IMG/VR virus record: IMGVR_UViG_3300014204_000145
Coordinates: 26,834 to 90,833 of that record
DNA length: 64,000 nt
DNA from: a virus
Taxonomy: Duplodnaviria > Caudoviricetes
Strand: one strand, 5' to 3'
The notes under the pieces are model-generated. The model worked only from the letters and a program-made list of their open reading frames with translations. It was not told the origin of the DNA and did no database searches. The position numbers and the translations under genes were made by a program. Numbering within the stretch: position 1 is the stretch's first letter; every line of letters starts with the position of its first letter. Below, piece after piece: positions 36,105-46,483 of the stretch.

Positions 36105-38549
36105 ATGTCAAACGATTTTTACTCACATCACCTGTATTCAACACTACCTTCACAAATGGTAGGGTTAAATGCTAAAGATAAGTCTTGGAAAGAACAGTGT
36201 GTTTCTGCAATATGTTCTATGGGGAGTGGCCGTATATCTAATGGTCGTTCTAATTGGAACAGAAAACAGATTAACTATGATTTAGTTAATTCTATTTTAA
36301 ATGAAGCAGATTTCAACTATATACTTAATCCATATGGTGTTAAAGAGAAGATAGGTAATCAACCTGCTAAACTCCGTAACATTAATCTTATAGTTAATAA
36401 GTTAAACTTATTAAAAGGTGAAGAGATACAAAGACCTTTCCAATTTCAGGTAATAGCTACTAATGGCAATGCTATTAATGAGAAAGAGAATCAAAAGAGG
36501 GATATGCTTTTACAGGCACTTCAAGCAAGTCTTGCACAAGAACTGGGTATCTCACAAGAACCTACAATTGACCCTCAAACAGGTGAAGAGATTCCTCCTA
36601 AAACATTTGCTGAAGTTGAACAATATGCTAGATATAATCTTAAAGATATTAGAGAGCAATGGGGTAATGATTTACTTCAATACTTAAAACATGAAGAACA
36701 AATAGAATTAAAATTTAATGAGGGCTGGGAGCATGGACTCGTTACAGCAGAAGAAATATACTATATAGGTATAACTAATGGTCAACCGAGATTACGAGTC
36801 TGCAACCCCCTTAATTGTGAATTTGATAGAAATCCAGGTAATCCTAACATAGAGGATGGAGACTGGTTTAAAGAAGACCGTTGGATGACTAAGGGACAAA
36901 TCTTAGATGAATTCGGTGCTTACTTAACTGTAGAACAAATAGAAAAATTAGACAGAGGAAACTTAGCTCAAGGATTAACTAATCAAATGTTTCCAGGTTT
37001 TGCTTATACAGAATCAGATATAGCAGGATATGAAAAAGGAAATTTTGCTAATAGAAGTAAATCTAGTTCTACTCACTTTCTAGTATCACATGTTGTATGG
37101 AAATCTATGAAAGAGGTAGGATTCTTATCTTACCCTGATGAGAATGGTGTAATGCAAGAAGGTGTAGTAGATGAGACATTCACTCTTACTAAAGAGATGA
37201 AGAGAATGGGTTGGACTATTGAATGGCGTTGGATGAGTGATGTTTGGCATGGTACTAGAATAGCTCAAGATGTGTTTGTTCAAATAGAGCCTGTACCTAA
37301 TCAAATTAGAAGTATGGACACTCCTTCTGAAGTTAAATTACCTTATGTAGGTAGGGTATATAACTCTACTAACTCTGCACAAACTTCTTTTGTAGATATG
37401 ATAAAACCTCATCAATACCTTTACATAATTGTTTGGTTCCGCTTAGAAGCTGAATTAGCTAAAGCTAAGGGTAGAAAGATGGTTATGGATATTGCACAGA
37501 TACCACGTTCAGAAGGTATAGATTTAGATAAATGGATGTACTTCTTTGATAATGTTGGTATAGCTTTCATCAATTCTTTTGAAGAAGGTAAAGATAAATT
37601 CCAAGGACAAGTATCACAGTTTAATCAATTCCAATCTATTGATATGGGATTGTCTCAAGCTGTTGGTCAGTATATAGGAATTCTATCTAAGATAGAACAA
37701 ACTATAGATAAGATAGTAGGTATCACACCTCAACGTGAAGGTTCTACTCATCAGAACGAAACTGTAGGTGGTATAGAAAGAGCAGTATCAAACTCTTCTT
37801 TAATTACAGAACCTTGGTTTTACATACATAATGAAATTAAAAGAAAAGTATTAACTCAGTTATTAGAGTGTGCTAAGATGGCATATCCTAAGACTAAGAA
37901 GATACATATGATAACAGATGATGCACAAAACCTTTCTATGTCTATTGATATGGATAAGTTTGCAGATTCAGATTACGGAGTATTTGTTACTAACTCAAGT
38001 AGAGAGCATATGATACTTCAAAAATTAGAAGGTCTTGCAACACAAGCAGTAGCTTCAGGTGCAGCAGCTTTATCTGATATAGTTAAAATGTACAGAGCTA
38101 AATCTGTAGCAGAATTCTCTAAACTATTAGAAGCTTCAGAAGAGAAACGTGATGCAATGGCACAGCAACAACAACAAGTGCAACAACAAATGCAACAAGA
38201 GATGTTAGCAGCACAAGATGCAAGAGAAGATAAGAGAATGGCTTTTGATTCTAATGAAAACAGATTAGACAGAGAGGCTAAGATTAGAGAGGCTGTAATT
38301 AAAGCAACTTCTTTTGATACTGATACAGGAGAATCAGGGGAATTAGAAGCTGTTAAGTATGGTGAACTAGCTCTTAAACAAATGGATGTAGCTCAAAAGC
38401 ATTCTCATGAAGCTCAAAAGCTTTCTACTGAAATATCAGAGAAAGCTAAAGACAGAGCACTTAAAGAGAAAGAGATTGCATCTAAAGAAAAGATAGAGTC
38501 ATTAAAAGCTAAAACTGCATTGAAGAATAAAGTGGTAGGACAAAAGTAA
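36105..38549 (+). CDS. Portal protein
   Basis: 814 aa, follows terL; KLNLLKGEE, GITPQREG, C-terminal Q-rich coiled coil. Confidence 0.9.
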   Translation: MSNDFYSHHLYSTLPSQMVGLNAKDKSWKEQCVSAICSMGSGRISNGRSNWNRKQINYDLVNSILNEADFNYILNPYGVKEKIGNQPAKLRNINLIVNKLNLLKGEEIQRPFQFQVIATNGNAINEKENQKRDMLLQALQASLAQELGISQEPTIDPQTGEEIPPKTFAEVEQYARYNLKDIREQWGNDLLQYLKHEEQIELKFNEGWEHGLVTAEEIYYIGITNGQPRLRVCNPLNCEFDRNPGNPNIEDGDWFKEDRWMTKGQILDEFGAYLTVEQIEKLDRGNLAQGLTNQMFPGFAYTESDIAGYEKGNFANRSKSSSTHFLVSHVVWKSMKEVGFLSYPDENGVMQEGVVDETFTLTKEMKRMGWTIEWRWMSDVWHGTRIAQDVFVQIEPVPNQIRSMDTPSEVKLPYVGRVYNSTNSAQTSFVDMIKPHQYLYIIVWFRLEAELAKAKGRKMVMDIAQIPRSEGIDLDKWMYFFDNVGIAFINSFEEGKDKFQGQVSQFNQFQSIDMGLSQAVGQYIGILSKIEQTIDKIVGITPQREGSTHQNETVGGIERAVSNSSLITEPWFYIHNEIKRKVLTQLLECAKMAYPKTKKIHMITDDAQNLSMSIDMDKFADSDYGVFVTNSSREHMILQKLEGLATQAVASGAAALSDIVKMYRAKSVAEFSKLLEASEEKRDAMAQQQQQVQQQMQQEMLAAQDAREDKRMAFDSNENRLDREAKIREAVIKATSFDTDTGESGELEAVKYGELALKQMDVAQKHSHEAQKLSTEISEKAKDRALKEKEIASKEKIESLKAKTALKNKVVGQK

Positions 38550-38631
38550 AATCTCTATATAGGAAACAGAAAAAGTGTAAAAGGTAAACTATTTTAGTGT
38601 ACTTTAAAATTAATAAATTATATATTTGTAT

Positions 38632-39717
38632 ATGGAAACAGGAAAGACAGAACAGACTGGAGCCACAACAACAGAATTTATAGACCTTTTTGGTCTTGGT
38701 TCTGTAGACTTTAACAAGAAATCTTCGGATGTAGAAGAAGTCGAAGAAGTGGTAACAACAAACGATGGGGTTGAAAAGGTTGAAGAACTTGATGAAGAAG
38801 CCCAAGAAAAGACAGAGGTTGTAAAACCTGTGGAAACCGCAGCAGCAGAGGTTGTTGATGAAGGTGGGGAAGGAATCGAAAATATCATTACATCACTATC
38901 AGAAGTGTTTGATTTTGATGATGAGAAAGAGGTAGAGCCTACACTAGAAGGATTGAAAAATTTGATAACAGAAGCAAAGGTTGCAGCTAAACAACAAGGT
39001 ATCTCAGAATATAAAGAGAGTCTTGGAGAAAGAGGAAAAGTCTTAGCCACTATCTTAGAAACAGGAGGAACTGTAGAGGATTTCCTGAATATAGATAACG
39101 GAATAAACTTTGAAGAGATACCTCTTACAACTAGTACAGGAGAACCAATTCTAAAGAATCAACGTAATTTAGTTGAAGATTGGATGAAGACTCAGGATGC
39201 AGATGATGAAGAGATTCAAGAAAGACTCTCAGATTTAGAATCAGCAGGATTACTAGAGAAAGAAGCTAAACTAGCTCAAAAGAAACTTGTAGTATGGCAA
39301 AAGAGAAAAGAAGAAACTATTCTCCAAACTAAACAACAAGAAGCAGAGCAAGTAAAGCTGCAAAAAGAAACAGAAGCTGCTGAGTTTAAAAAGAAAGTAT
39401 TATCTACTAATGAGATTGCAGGTTTTAAACTTGATAAAGGTCAATCAGAGAAGTTATATGATTATATAACTAAAGCTGATAAACAAGGTAAGACACAGTT
39501 TCAAAAAGAAGATACAGAAGAGAACAGACTCTTATATGCTTACTTTGCAATGACAGGCTTTGATAAAGAGAAGTTATCTAGAGAGATAACAACTAAGAAA
39601 ACGATAAAGTTAAAACAAGCTTTATCTAATTACACAGATGGTAATACATCTGCAAAAGGTTCTCAGAGTATGAGAAGAGCAACAGAAGAAACTCTAAACA
39701 TACCTTGGGTTATATAA
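38632..39717 (+). CDS. Acidic scaffold-like protein
   Basis: Very acidic N-terminus, located between portal and MCP; ATG at 38632 preferred. Confidence 0.7.
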   Translation: METGKTEQTGATTTEFIDLFGLGSVDFNKKSSDVEEVEEVVTTNDGVEKVEELDEEAQEKTEVVKPVETAAAEVVDEGGEGIENIITSLSEVFDFDDEKEVEPTLEGLKNLITEAKVAAKQQGISEYKESLGERGKVLATILETGGTVEDFLNIDNGINFEEIPLTTSTGEPILKNQRNLVEDWMKTQDADDEEIQERLSDLESAGLLEKEAKLAQKKLVVWQKRKEETILQTKQQEAEQVKLQKETEAAEFKKKVLSTNEIAGFKLDKGQSEKLYDYITKADKQGKTQFQKEDTEENRLLYAYFAMTGFDKEKLSREITTKKTIKLKQALSNYTDGNTSAKGSQSMRRATEETLNIPWVI

Positions 39718-39743
39718 ACGAATAAAACTTTAATTAATATATT

Positions 39744-41210
39744 ATGAATAAAACACAGGTTTCACCGTTACAAATCTATCAATCAAGAGATTTCAGCGGA
39801 TTAACAGAAATGAATCACTTAAACAATGCTTACCTAACAGAACCAGAAAAAGTAGGTTCTGTATTAGCTTACGCTTTTGGTATCCAAGAAAACAACGTGA
39901 TTTCATTACTTACAGGAGGAATCGGTAACACTCTAACGGTAACAAACCGTGAGTATGAGTGGGACTTACATTCTCAAAGTGATAAAGCAATCGAAGTCGC
40001 AGTAGACTCAGCGAATGCAAGTGATGCAATGCCAGGTTACAATGGTCAACCAGTACAGCTTATCTTAGCTGAAAAATGGTTTGAAGTAACTGATAATATC
40101 GTAGGTGACGATGGTGTAACAACTTTACACATTATCTCAGAACCTTACCTATCAGGCAGTGCTTGGGTATACACAGGTGTTTCAACAAATGCAGACCCAC
40201 GTTCATTCGTAGATGCTGACTTATTGAAAATCGGTGCTAGATGGTCTAAAGAATTCTCTTCTGTTGAAGAATATTCTACTAAAGGTGGTGGACATGGTTA
40301 TGCTACTCCATTCAAACTTAAAAATCAATTGTCTACTTTACGTAAAACATATAAAGTAACACGTGATGCTGCGTTAGCTGTAATGGTAATCGAATTATTT
40401 GACCCTGCAGACCCTAACAAATCTACTAAACTTTGGACTAAATTAGCTGAGTGGACTGCTATGGCTTATTGGTACAGAGAAATTGATAAGATGATGATTT
40501 ACTCAACTTATAACAAAAACTCTAGTGGTTATGTTACATTACAAGGTGAGAACAAACGTCCTATCTATCATGGTGCAGGTTTCCGTGAACAAATTTCTCC
40601 TGCTAACAAACGTTTCTATACAAAACTTACTTATGAAATATTAGATGAGTTCTTGTTAGATTTATCGTATGCTGCTAACAAATGGGGTGGTAATCACAAA
40701 TTCGTTGCCTTAACAGGTAAAATGGGTATGCGTGAGTTTGACCGAGCTATTAAAGCACATGCTGCAGGTAATAACATTACTGTAACAACTGCAGGTACTT
40801 TCATCTCAGGAACAGGTGCTGAATTAAACTTCACTGGATATTTCAGAACTGTAACTTTCTTGAATGGTATTGAGTTAACAGTAAAAGAATTTGAACCGTA
40901 TGATGACATCATCCGTAACCGTGAGTTACACCCAATTACTAAGAAACCGATTGAATCTTATAGATTTACAATCTTAAACTTCGGACGTAAAAACGGTAGA
41001 GCTAATATTCGTAAAGTTGCGATGAAAGATTCTGAAATGGCTATGTGGCATGTTAATGGTTCTACAGACCCTTACGGAGGAGTTGCTAAATCAATCGGAA
41101 CTCAGCGTAGTTCAGGTATTGATGGTTATGAAGTTCACTTCTTAGCACAAATCGGTATCATGGTTGAAGACCCAACAAGTTGTGGCGAGTTAATTATGAA
41201 ATTAGCATAA
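39744..41210 (+). CDS. Major capsid protein (HK97 fold, crAss type)
   Basis: 488 aa; EYEWDL, NQLSTLRK, GAGFREQI motifs; followed by a strong terminator. Confidence 0.9.
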   Translation: MNKTQVSPLQIYQSRDFSGLTEMNHLNNAYLTEPEKVGSVLAYAFGIQENNVISLLTGGIGNTLTVTNREYEWDLHSQSDKAIEVAVDSANASDAMPGYNGQPVQLILAEKWFEVTDNIVGDDGVTTLHIISEPYLSGSAWVYTGVSTNADPRSFVDADLLKIGARWSKEFSSVEEYSTKGGGHGYATPFKLKNQLSTLRKTYKVTRDAALAVMVIELFDPADPNKSTKLWTKLAEWTAMAYWYREIDKMMIYSTYNKNSSGYVTLQGENKRPIYHGAGFREQISPANKRFYTKLTYEILDEFLLDLSYAANKWGGNHKFVALTGKMGMREFDRAIKAHAAGNNITVTTAGTFISGTGAELNFTGYFRTVTFLNGIELTVKEFEPYDDIIRNRELHPITKKPIESYRFTILNFGRKNGRANIRKVAMKDSEMAMWHVNGSTDPYGGVAKSIGTQRSSGIDGYEVHFLAQIGIMVEDPTSCGELIMKLA

Positions 41211-41224
41211 TAATAAATAAAACC

Positions 41225-41256
41225 TAAGGGGAGGTTGGGAGACCTCCCCTTATTTT
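41225..41256 (+). terminator. Intrinsic terminator after MCP
   Basis: TAAGGGGAGGT/ACCTCCCCTTA stem then TTTT. Confidence 0.85.
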
Positions 41257-41290
41257 AAAAGACAGAAATAAAATTAATTAGGAGAAGATT

Positions 41291-42103
41291 ATGATAACAA
41301 AAATTAGAAGAAAAGAAGGTAGCACCAGTTGGGGCGTTAAAGATGCCACAACAGGTATAACTAAAAATAAATACGATAACTGCTTTGATAAATGGGTACC
41401 AGGTTTAAACAGAACAACAGGTGTTTTAATGACTGGGTTAACTCCAAAAGAAGAAGTAGAGTTTGAAAAGAAACTAGGATTACCAGAGGGTAGCTTAGGA
41501 AAGAATGGAAGTTTTTGGGATAACTTCTCAATCATCATACCTGAGAAAGGTTTAGATATTGAATCAGGAGACCCACTAGGAGAACTTCAATTGAAATGTT
41601 TAAGAGCAGATTCGTCTGTTGCAGGTTCATTAGAAGATGCAATGAGAAAAGCGAATGTATCTTATATTATTACTACAGAAGGTGGTGAAGCTAAAGTACA
41701 AAACGTTAAACGTGATAGCATTGCTAAAGCTTATAAAATATATGCAGATATGACTCCTTCCGAAGTGGAAGATGCTTTATATTTGTTTGGTAAAAATCCT
41801 GATAGTACAGACTCAGAAGTGAGTAAAAATATGTTAGGAGCAATCTTAGATAAGAACCCTGAAAAATTCTTGAATGTTTTAGGAGACCCTAAGGTTAAAG
41901 ATAAAGTTTGGATGATTAAATTAATCCGAGCAGGTATAGTAAGAAAACAAGGTGTTTCTTCAGGATTCGATGTAGCATTATACTACGGAGAGATTTACTT
42001 AGGTAAAGGACTTGATGAAGCAATAGAAAAGGTAAGAGAGAAAGAGTTCTCTAATATCTTAATAGGTTTAAAGAAAGAGTACGAAGATTATAAAAAAGCA
42101 TAA
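41291..42103 (+). CDS. Conserved crAss-like protein downstream of MCP
   Basis: 270-aa ORF in syntenic position. Confidence 0.65.
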   Translation: MITKIRRKEGSTSWGVKDATTGITKNKYDNCFDKWVPGLNRTTGVLMTGLTPKEEVEFEKKLGLPEGSLGKNGSFWDNFSIIIPEKGLDIESGDPLGELQLKCLRADSSVAGSLEDAMRKANVSYIITTEGGEAKVQNVKRDSIAKAYKIYADMTPSEVEDALYLFGKNPDSTDSEVSKNMLGAILDKNPEKFLNVLGDPKVKDKVWMIKLIRAGIVRKQGVSSGFDVALYYGEIYLGKGLDEAIEKVREKEFSNILIGLKKEYEDYKKA

Positions 42104-42105
42104 TA

Positions 42106-43086
42106 ATGACAGTAAGTGACATGCATATAAGAGTAAAGGTCTATCTAGATAAAATAGATTCAGAGGCGTATCCAGAGATACTTCCTGAAGAGATAGATTT
42201 GTACCTTAATGAAGCTCAACTGCGTTTTATTAAAACTCGTTATGGTTATAACAACCCTTATGGTAAAGGATTTGAACAAAGCCAAAAGCGTGTAGATGAC
42301 TTAAAGAATCTTGTAACATTAAGATTTGCTTCTGTAACTCCTGAAGCTTCATATGTAGATATGGGGATGAATATTTACAGAGCACAACTTGATAACCTAT
42401 ACAATGATGTAGCACATACAACACCTTCTACAGAAGACTATATGTTTTTCTTAAAAGGTAGTGTAGGTAGAACAAGAGGAACTTGCTCAGATTGGCAGAT
42501 GTCTAAACAAATACAACAAGATGACATCTTTGCTATAACAGCAGACCCTTTTAATAGGCCTACAAACATTCCTTTAATCTTCTTTGAAGATAGTGATATT
42601 TGTGTGTGGGTACCAGATGATACAACAGTAAACAATTTCTCTGTATCTTTTATAAGAAAGCCTAGTGTTATTTCTTATACAGGAAATACAACTAACACGA
42701 TAAGATTAGTTGTAAGAGCAGATGCTACAGATACTTCAATTACTTTATCAGATGGTACAATTGCTGAACCTATTACAATAACAGGTGGAGTATTAACTAC
42801 AGATGAAATAGCAACAGCTATAGATACTGCAATAACAACAGCAGGTTTAGCTTTTGATAATGTTGTTGTAGCAGGAAACGTTGTTACAATATCAAGTACT
42901 CAAAACATTAGTTATCTTGTCCCTATTAACTTAAATGTTACTACGACAGCAGCTAGTGTAGATTGTGAGTTAAGTGAACATACTCATGAAGAGATTGTTC
43001 AAATGGCAGTACAGATAATCTTAGAGAATATAGAGTCTCAACGCTCTCAAACTCAAGAAGCTCTTAATGTTAGAAAAATGGAATAA
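42106..43086 (+). CDS. Head-tail ring protein with T/A-rich insertion
   Basis: PEEIDLYLNEAQ...GFEQSQKRVDDL...IRKP...CELSEHTHEEIVQMAV. Confidence 0.7.
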   Translation: MTVSDMHIRVKVYLDKIDSEAYPEILPEEIDLYLNEAQLRFIKTRYGYNNPYGKGFEQSQKRVDDLKNLVTLRFASVTPEASYVDMGMNIYRAQLDNLYNDVAHTTPSTEDYMFFLKGSVGRTRGTCSDWQMSKQIQQDDIFAITADPFNRPTNIPLIFFEDSDICVWVPDDTTVNNFSVSFIRKPSVISYTGNTTNTIRLVVRADATDTSITLSDGTIAEPITITGGVLTTDEIATAIDTAITTAGLAFDNVVVAGNVVTISSTQNISYLVPINLNVTTTAASVDCELSEHTHEEIVQMAVQIILENIESQRSQTQEALNVRKME

Positions 43087-43118
43087 AATTTTATATTAAT
43101 AACTAATAAATTACAATT

Positions 43119-44399
43119 ATGTACAAACAAGTAAATCGAGTATTAGTAGGTGACGGTGCACAAAGTGGAACTGTTACTCACTTATCAGGAATTAAAAAAG
43201 GGGATTTAGTATTGATTCGTGAGAACGGAACGATAGTAAACACTGACACTGCTTCTGCAGCTATCCCTAAATTTGAAAAAGTAACTATCGCAGCAGGTAT
43301 TGCGGATGGTATAGCTATTCTGTCTTCTCCTATCCAAGGTAACACCGTCTCTAAGTATGAGGGTGCAGCTTATGTTGCCCCAACAGAGATGGTGTTATAT
43401 TTAGGTTATAACGGAACAGCTTCTACTACTATAGCAACTGGTGCATTAACAGAATACCGTTTAAGAATCTTAAACAAAGATGCTAATCGTATCAACGGTC
43501 AACGTCAAACTTTAGTTGATGTTAACTACAAATCAGATGCATCTGAAGGTGAGTTATCTGTATTAACTAAAATGGCTAATCTTTATTATGCAAAAGATTT
43601 AGGTCATAACTATTTTGGAGACAAAGTAAAATTAGAAATTGTTTCTGATGGTACTTTCGTAGCTTCAGATAACACATTAGCAGTTGTTAAAGGTTCTGAT
43701 AAAGCAACTTTTGCTACAGCAGCTACTTATGACACAGGAACAGCATTTGCTGTAGGTGATTTAGTTCGTATCGGTGGTACTACTGCAGCATCTCCTGTAT
43801 ACACAATCACTGCAGTTGATACTTTAGAAGTAACCTTAAGTACTCCTTATCAAGGTGCAACTGAAACAGTAGCAGCAGCTAGTGTAGGTCACTTAGCAAC
43901 CCCTGCAGAATTTGGTTTCAAATTAACAGGTATCGCTCAAACTTCTAAAGTTCAACGTAATGCTAATGAACCTTTTGACCAATATGAATGGATTTTATTT
44001 GATGCAGCTTTCACAGATGCAAACGATATGTCTTCTAGTCAATACTCTGCAACTCAAACTGTAGCAGTAAAAGCTAAACCTGGAACAGGATTCTGGAAAC
44101 AAGTAGCAGATGCAGAAGAAGCAGCTAAAGGATACTTTGGAGATTCTTCTAAACGTAGATGGTTTGATCAACGAATTGACTCTAACGTAGTAGCAGGTAC
44201 AACTTACAGTTCTATCGTTATTACTCATGCAGACGTTCACGGTGGTAATTTCCAAGATAACGAAACAACTCCGTTACGTACAGAAATCTACATCCCTTAC
44301 AACACAGCACAAGGTGATTCTACTGAAGATAACTTCCGTGATGTTATGAACGGATACTTCAACACAGTACTTGGTTTCACTGCAATCGCAGCATTCTAA
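43119..44399 (+). CDS. Auxiliary capsid/structural protein
   Basis: A/T/V-rich beta protein, VNRVLVG N-terminus, followed by its own terminator; assignment by synteny. Confidence 0.6.
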   Translation: MYKQVNRVLVGDGAQSGTVTHLSGIKKGDLVLIRENGTIVNTDTASAAIPKFEKVTIAAGIADGIAILSSPIQGNTVSKYEGAAYVAPTEMVLYLGYNGTASTTIATGALTEYRLRILNKDANRINGQRQTLVDVNYKSDASEGELSVLTKMANLYYAKDLGHNYFGDKVKLEIVSDGTFVASDNTLAVVKGSDKATFATAATYDTGTAFAVGDLVRIGGTTAASPVYTITAVDTLEVTLSTPYQGATETVAAASVGHLATPAEFGFKLTGIAQTSKVQRNANEPFDQYEWILFDAAFTDANDMSSSQYSATQTVAVKAKPGTGFWKQVADAEEAAKGYFGDSSKRRWFDQRIDSNVVAGTTYSSIVITHADVHGGNFQDNETTPLRTEIYIPYNTAQGDSTEDNFRDVMNGYFNTVLGFTAIAAF

Positions 44400-44426
44400 G
44401 AGTACTACAAATAAAATAATTATATT

Positions 44427-44453
44427 AAAAGGGAGTTTTTACTCCCTTTTTTT
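44427..44453 (+). terminator. Intrinsic terminator
   Basis: AAAAGGGAGT-TTTT-ACTCCCTTTT then a T-run. Confidence 0.85.
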
Positions 44454-44489
44454 ATATCTTTACTTTATATTTACATAAATTTTTGTACT

Positions 44490-45196
44490 ATGCTTTTTTC
44501 AGAGATTATATACAACATCAAAAACCTTATCGCAGGAGGTATTCAATCCGATGACCAAGACTTATCGGATTTACAATTAGCTTATATTATTAATTACTAT
44601 AGAGCTAGATTGTTTAAACAAGAACAAGAAAAGGAAAATTAAACAAAGACTCCTACGTACAAAATCTAGGTAAAGTATCTGTAATACAAGTTGATAAAAA
44701 TGAGTGTTGCTCTGTAGACTCTTGTATATTACGTACAGAGAATAAAATACCTATGCCAATAGAATCTATATTTGGTATTAACATAACTTTTGTTGGATTA
44801 TTAAATGGGCAACCTTTTCAGTATAAAGCTCACAATGCTATGCCTTGGAAAAGAGCTGCTAAATACGTAGGAAAAGAACCAACTTACTACTATCAAAATG
44901 GTTATATCTATTTAGTAGATACGCCTACAGTAGATATAGATTGGATTAATATACAAGGTGTATTTGAGAAACCTGAGGAAGCTATGAGATTTAGAACTTG
45001 TGACTGTCCTGATAATAATGAACCTTGTTTCAATAATTTTGATTTTGAATATAAATTACCTCTACATTATGTAGATACTATTGTTAAGATGGTTACAGAG
45101 TCTGAGTTAAGATTACTAAGACTTATCCCAAGTGATACATCTAATAATGCAATAGGACAATTAGGAGAGGCAACTAAACCTGTACAGAATGGATAA
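44490..45196 (+). CDS. Ring/tail structural protein split by a -1 frameshift near 44630-44640
   Basis: MLFSEIIYNIK...YYRARLFKQEQEK stops at TAA 44640-44642; the -1 frame continues GKLNKDSYVQNLG...ECC into the tracked ORF 44753-45196. Confidence 0.7.
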
Positions 45197-45632
45197 TTGT
45201 TTAGGGCTTACACAAGCTTATAAATTTTATAAAACAAAAGTAAACTACGCACAAGAGTATCAAGTGTCTTTACAAGAGTATCGAGATATATGTAAAGAGT
45301 TTAATCAAATGGTTGTAGAAGAGGTATTAGAAGGTAAGAACTTTAAAATACCTTTTCAACTAGGAAATTTATGGATTAAAAAATACCCTATAAATTGGAA
45401 TAAACCTCCTTTAGATATTAAGGAAACATGTTTACAGAGAAAAAGAGTGTATCATACTAATCAGCATTCAGATGAATTCTATGCAGGTTGGAAATGGTCA
45501 CGAGTTGCAAAATCAACAACTAACTGTATATTCTACAGTTTTAAACCTGCTTGGACAAATATTAAGAGAGTGTCTCAAATAATGTTTCTACCTGGTGGAC
45601 ATAAAAGATTTTTTACAGAGCAAAAATTATAA
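45189..45632 (+). CDS. IHF-like protein of the tail module
   Basis: FNQMVVEEVLEGKNFKIPFQLGNLWIKK. Confidence 0.6.
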   Translation: MDNCLGLTQAYKFYKTKVNYAQEYQVSLQEYRDICKEFNQMVVEEVLEGKNFKIPFQLGNLWIKKYPINWNKPPLDIKETCLQRKRVYHTNQHSDEFYAGWKWSRVAKSTTNCIFYSFKPAWTNIKRVSQIMFLPGGHKRFFTEQKL

Positions 45633-45634
45633 TT

Positions 45635-46483
45635 ATGATATATAACTTAGAACCTTTAGATAGAGTCATAGACAAGTTAATAAGAGACTTAGGACTTGGT
45701 GCAGATGAGATACCTTATGCAGATTTTGTAGAGTGGTGTGCAGATGCTTTAGAACACATAGGTTCTTACTACCAATTTTTAGAAAAAGAATGTACTATTC
45801 TTATTTCAGATTATGAAGGACACTTACCTTGTGATTTCTATAAACCTATAAGAATGATTAAAGGTGCTCAAGTATCACCTGGTGATGGAGGATTCTATGG
45901 GGGAACATTAGTAAATCTTTTAAATGAATTGGGTATAGATTATTCTCAATTACCTGCTTACGAAAGATTTCACATCATACCTGTAGCAGGTATTGCTAAA
46001 CAAGATGTTGTTGATACTTTACAAACAAGGTTATCACAAAATAAAAATCTTATAGGCAATCCTTCTGTAAACAAATTTAGTGAAACAGATTATAATGTAA
46101 ACTTTAATAAAATTACTACATCATTTAGATATGGTGTAATACAATTACAATACTTAGCAATCCCAACAGATGAAAGAGGTTGGCCTATGGTTCCTACAGA
46201 TGTATCTTTTAGAGATGCTTTATTTTGGAAAGTAGCTTATCATGTTTCTATGAGAAATCCTAAACTTATGCAAAATCAAAGAATGCAAGATATGGAATAC
46301 TGTAGACAGATGTGGAATAAGTATTGTGTACAAGCAAGAGCTGCAGCTAACATGCCAGACCTTGAAATGTTAATAAGACTTAAAAATAATTGGTTACGTT
46401 TGTATAATACTACAGACGATGATGTAAATAACTTTGCAAGTTTAGGCAAACAACAAATGCTAAACTTTAACGGAAGAAATTAA
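45635..46483 (+). CDS. Tail ring/tubular protein
   Basis: LQYLAIPTDERGWPMVP...ALFWKV; position before the muzzle gene. Confidence 0.65.
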   Translation: MIYNLEPLDRVIDKLIRDLGLGADEIPYADFVEWCADALEHIGSYYQFLEKECTILISDYEGHLPCDFYKPIRMIKGAQVSPGDGGFYGGTLVNLLNELGIDYSQLPAYERFHIIPVAGIAKQDVVDTLQTRLSQNKNLIGNPSVNKFSETDYNVNFNKITTSFRYGVIQLQYLAIPTDERGWPMVPTDVSFRDALFWKVAYHVSMRNPKLMQNQRMQDMEYCRQMWNKYCVQARAAANMPDLEMLIRLKNNWLRLYNTTDDDVNNFASLGKQQMLNFNGRN

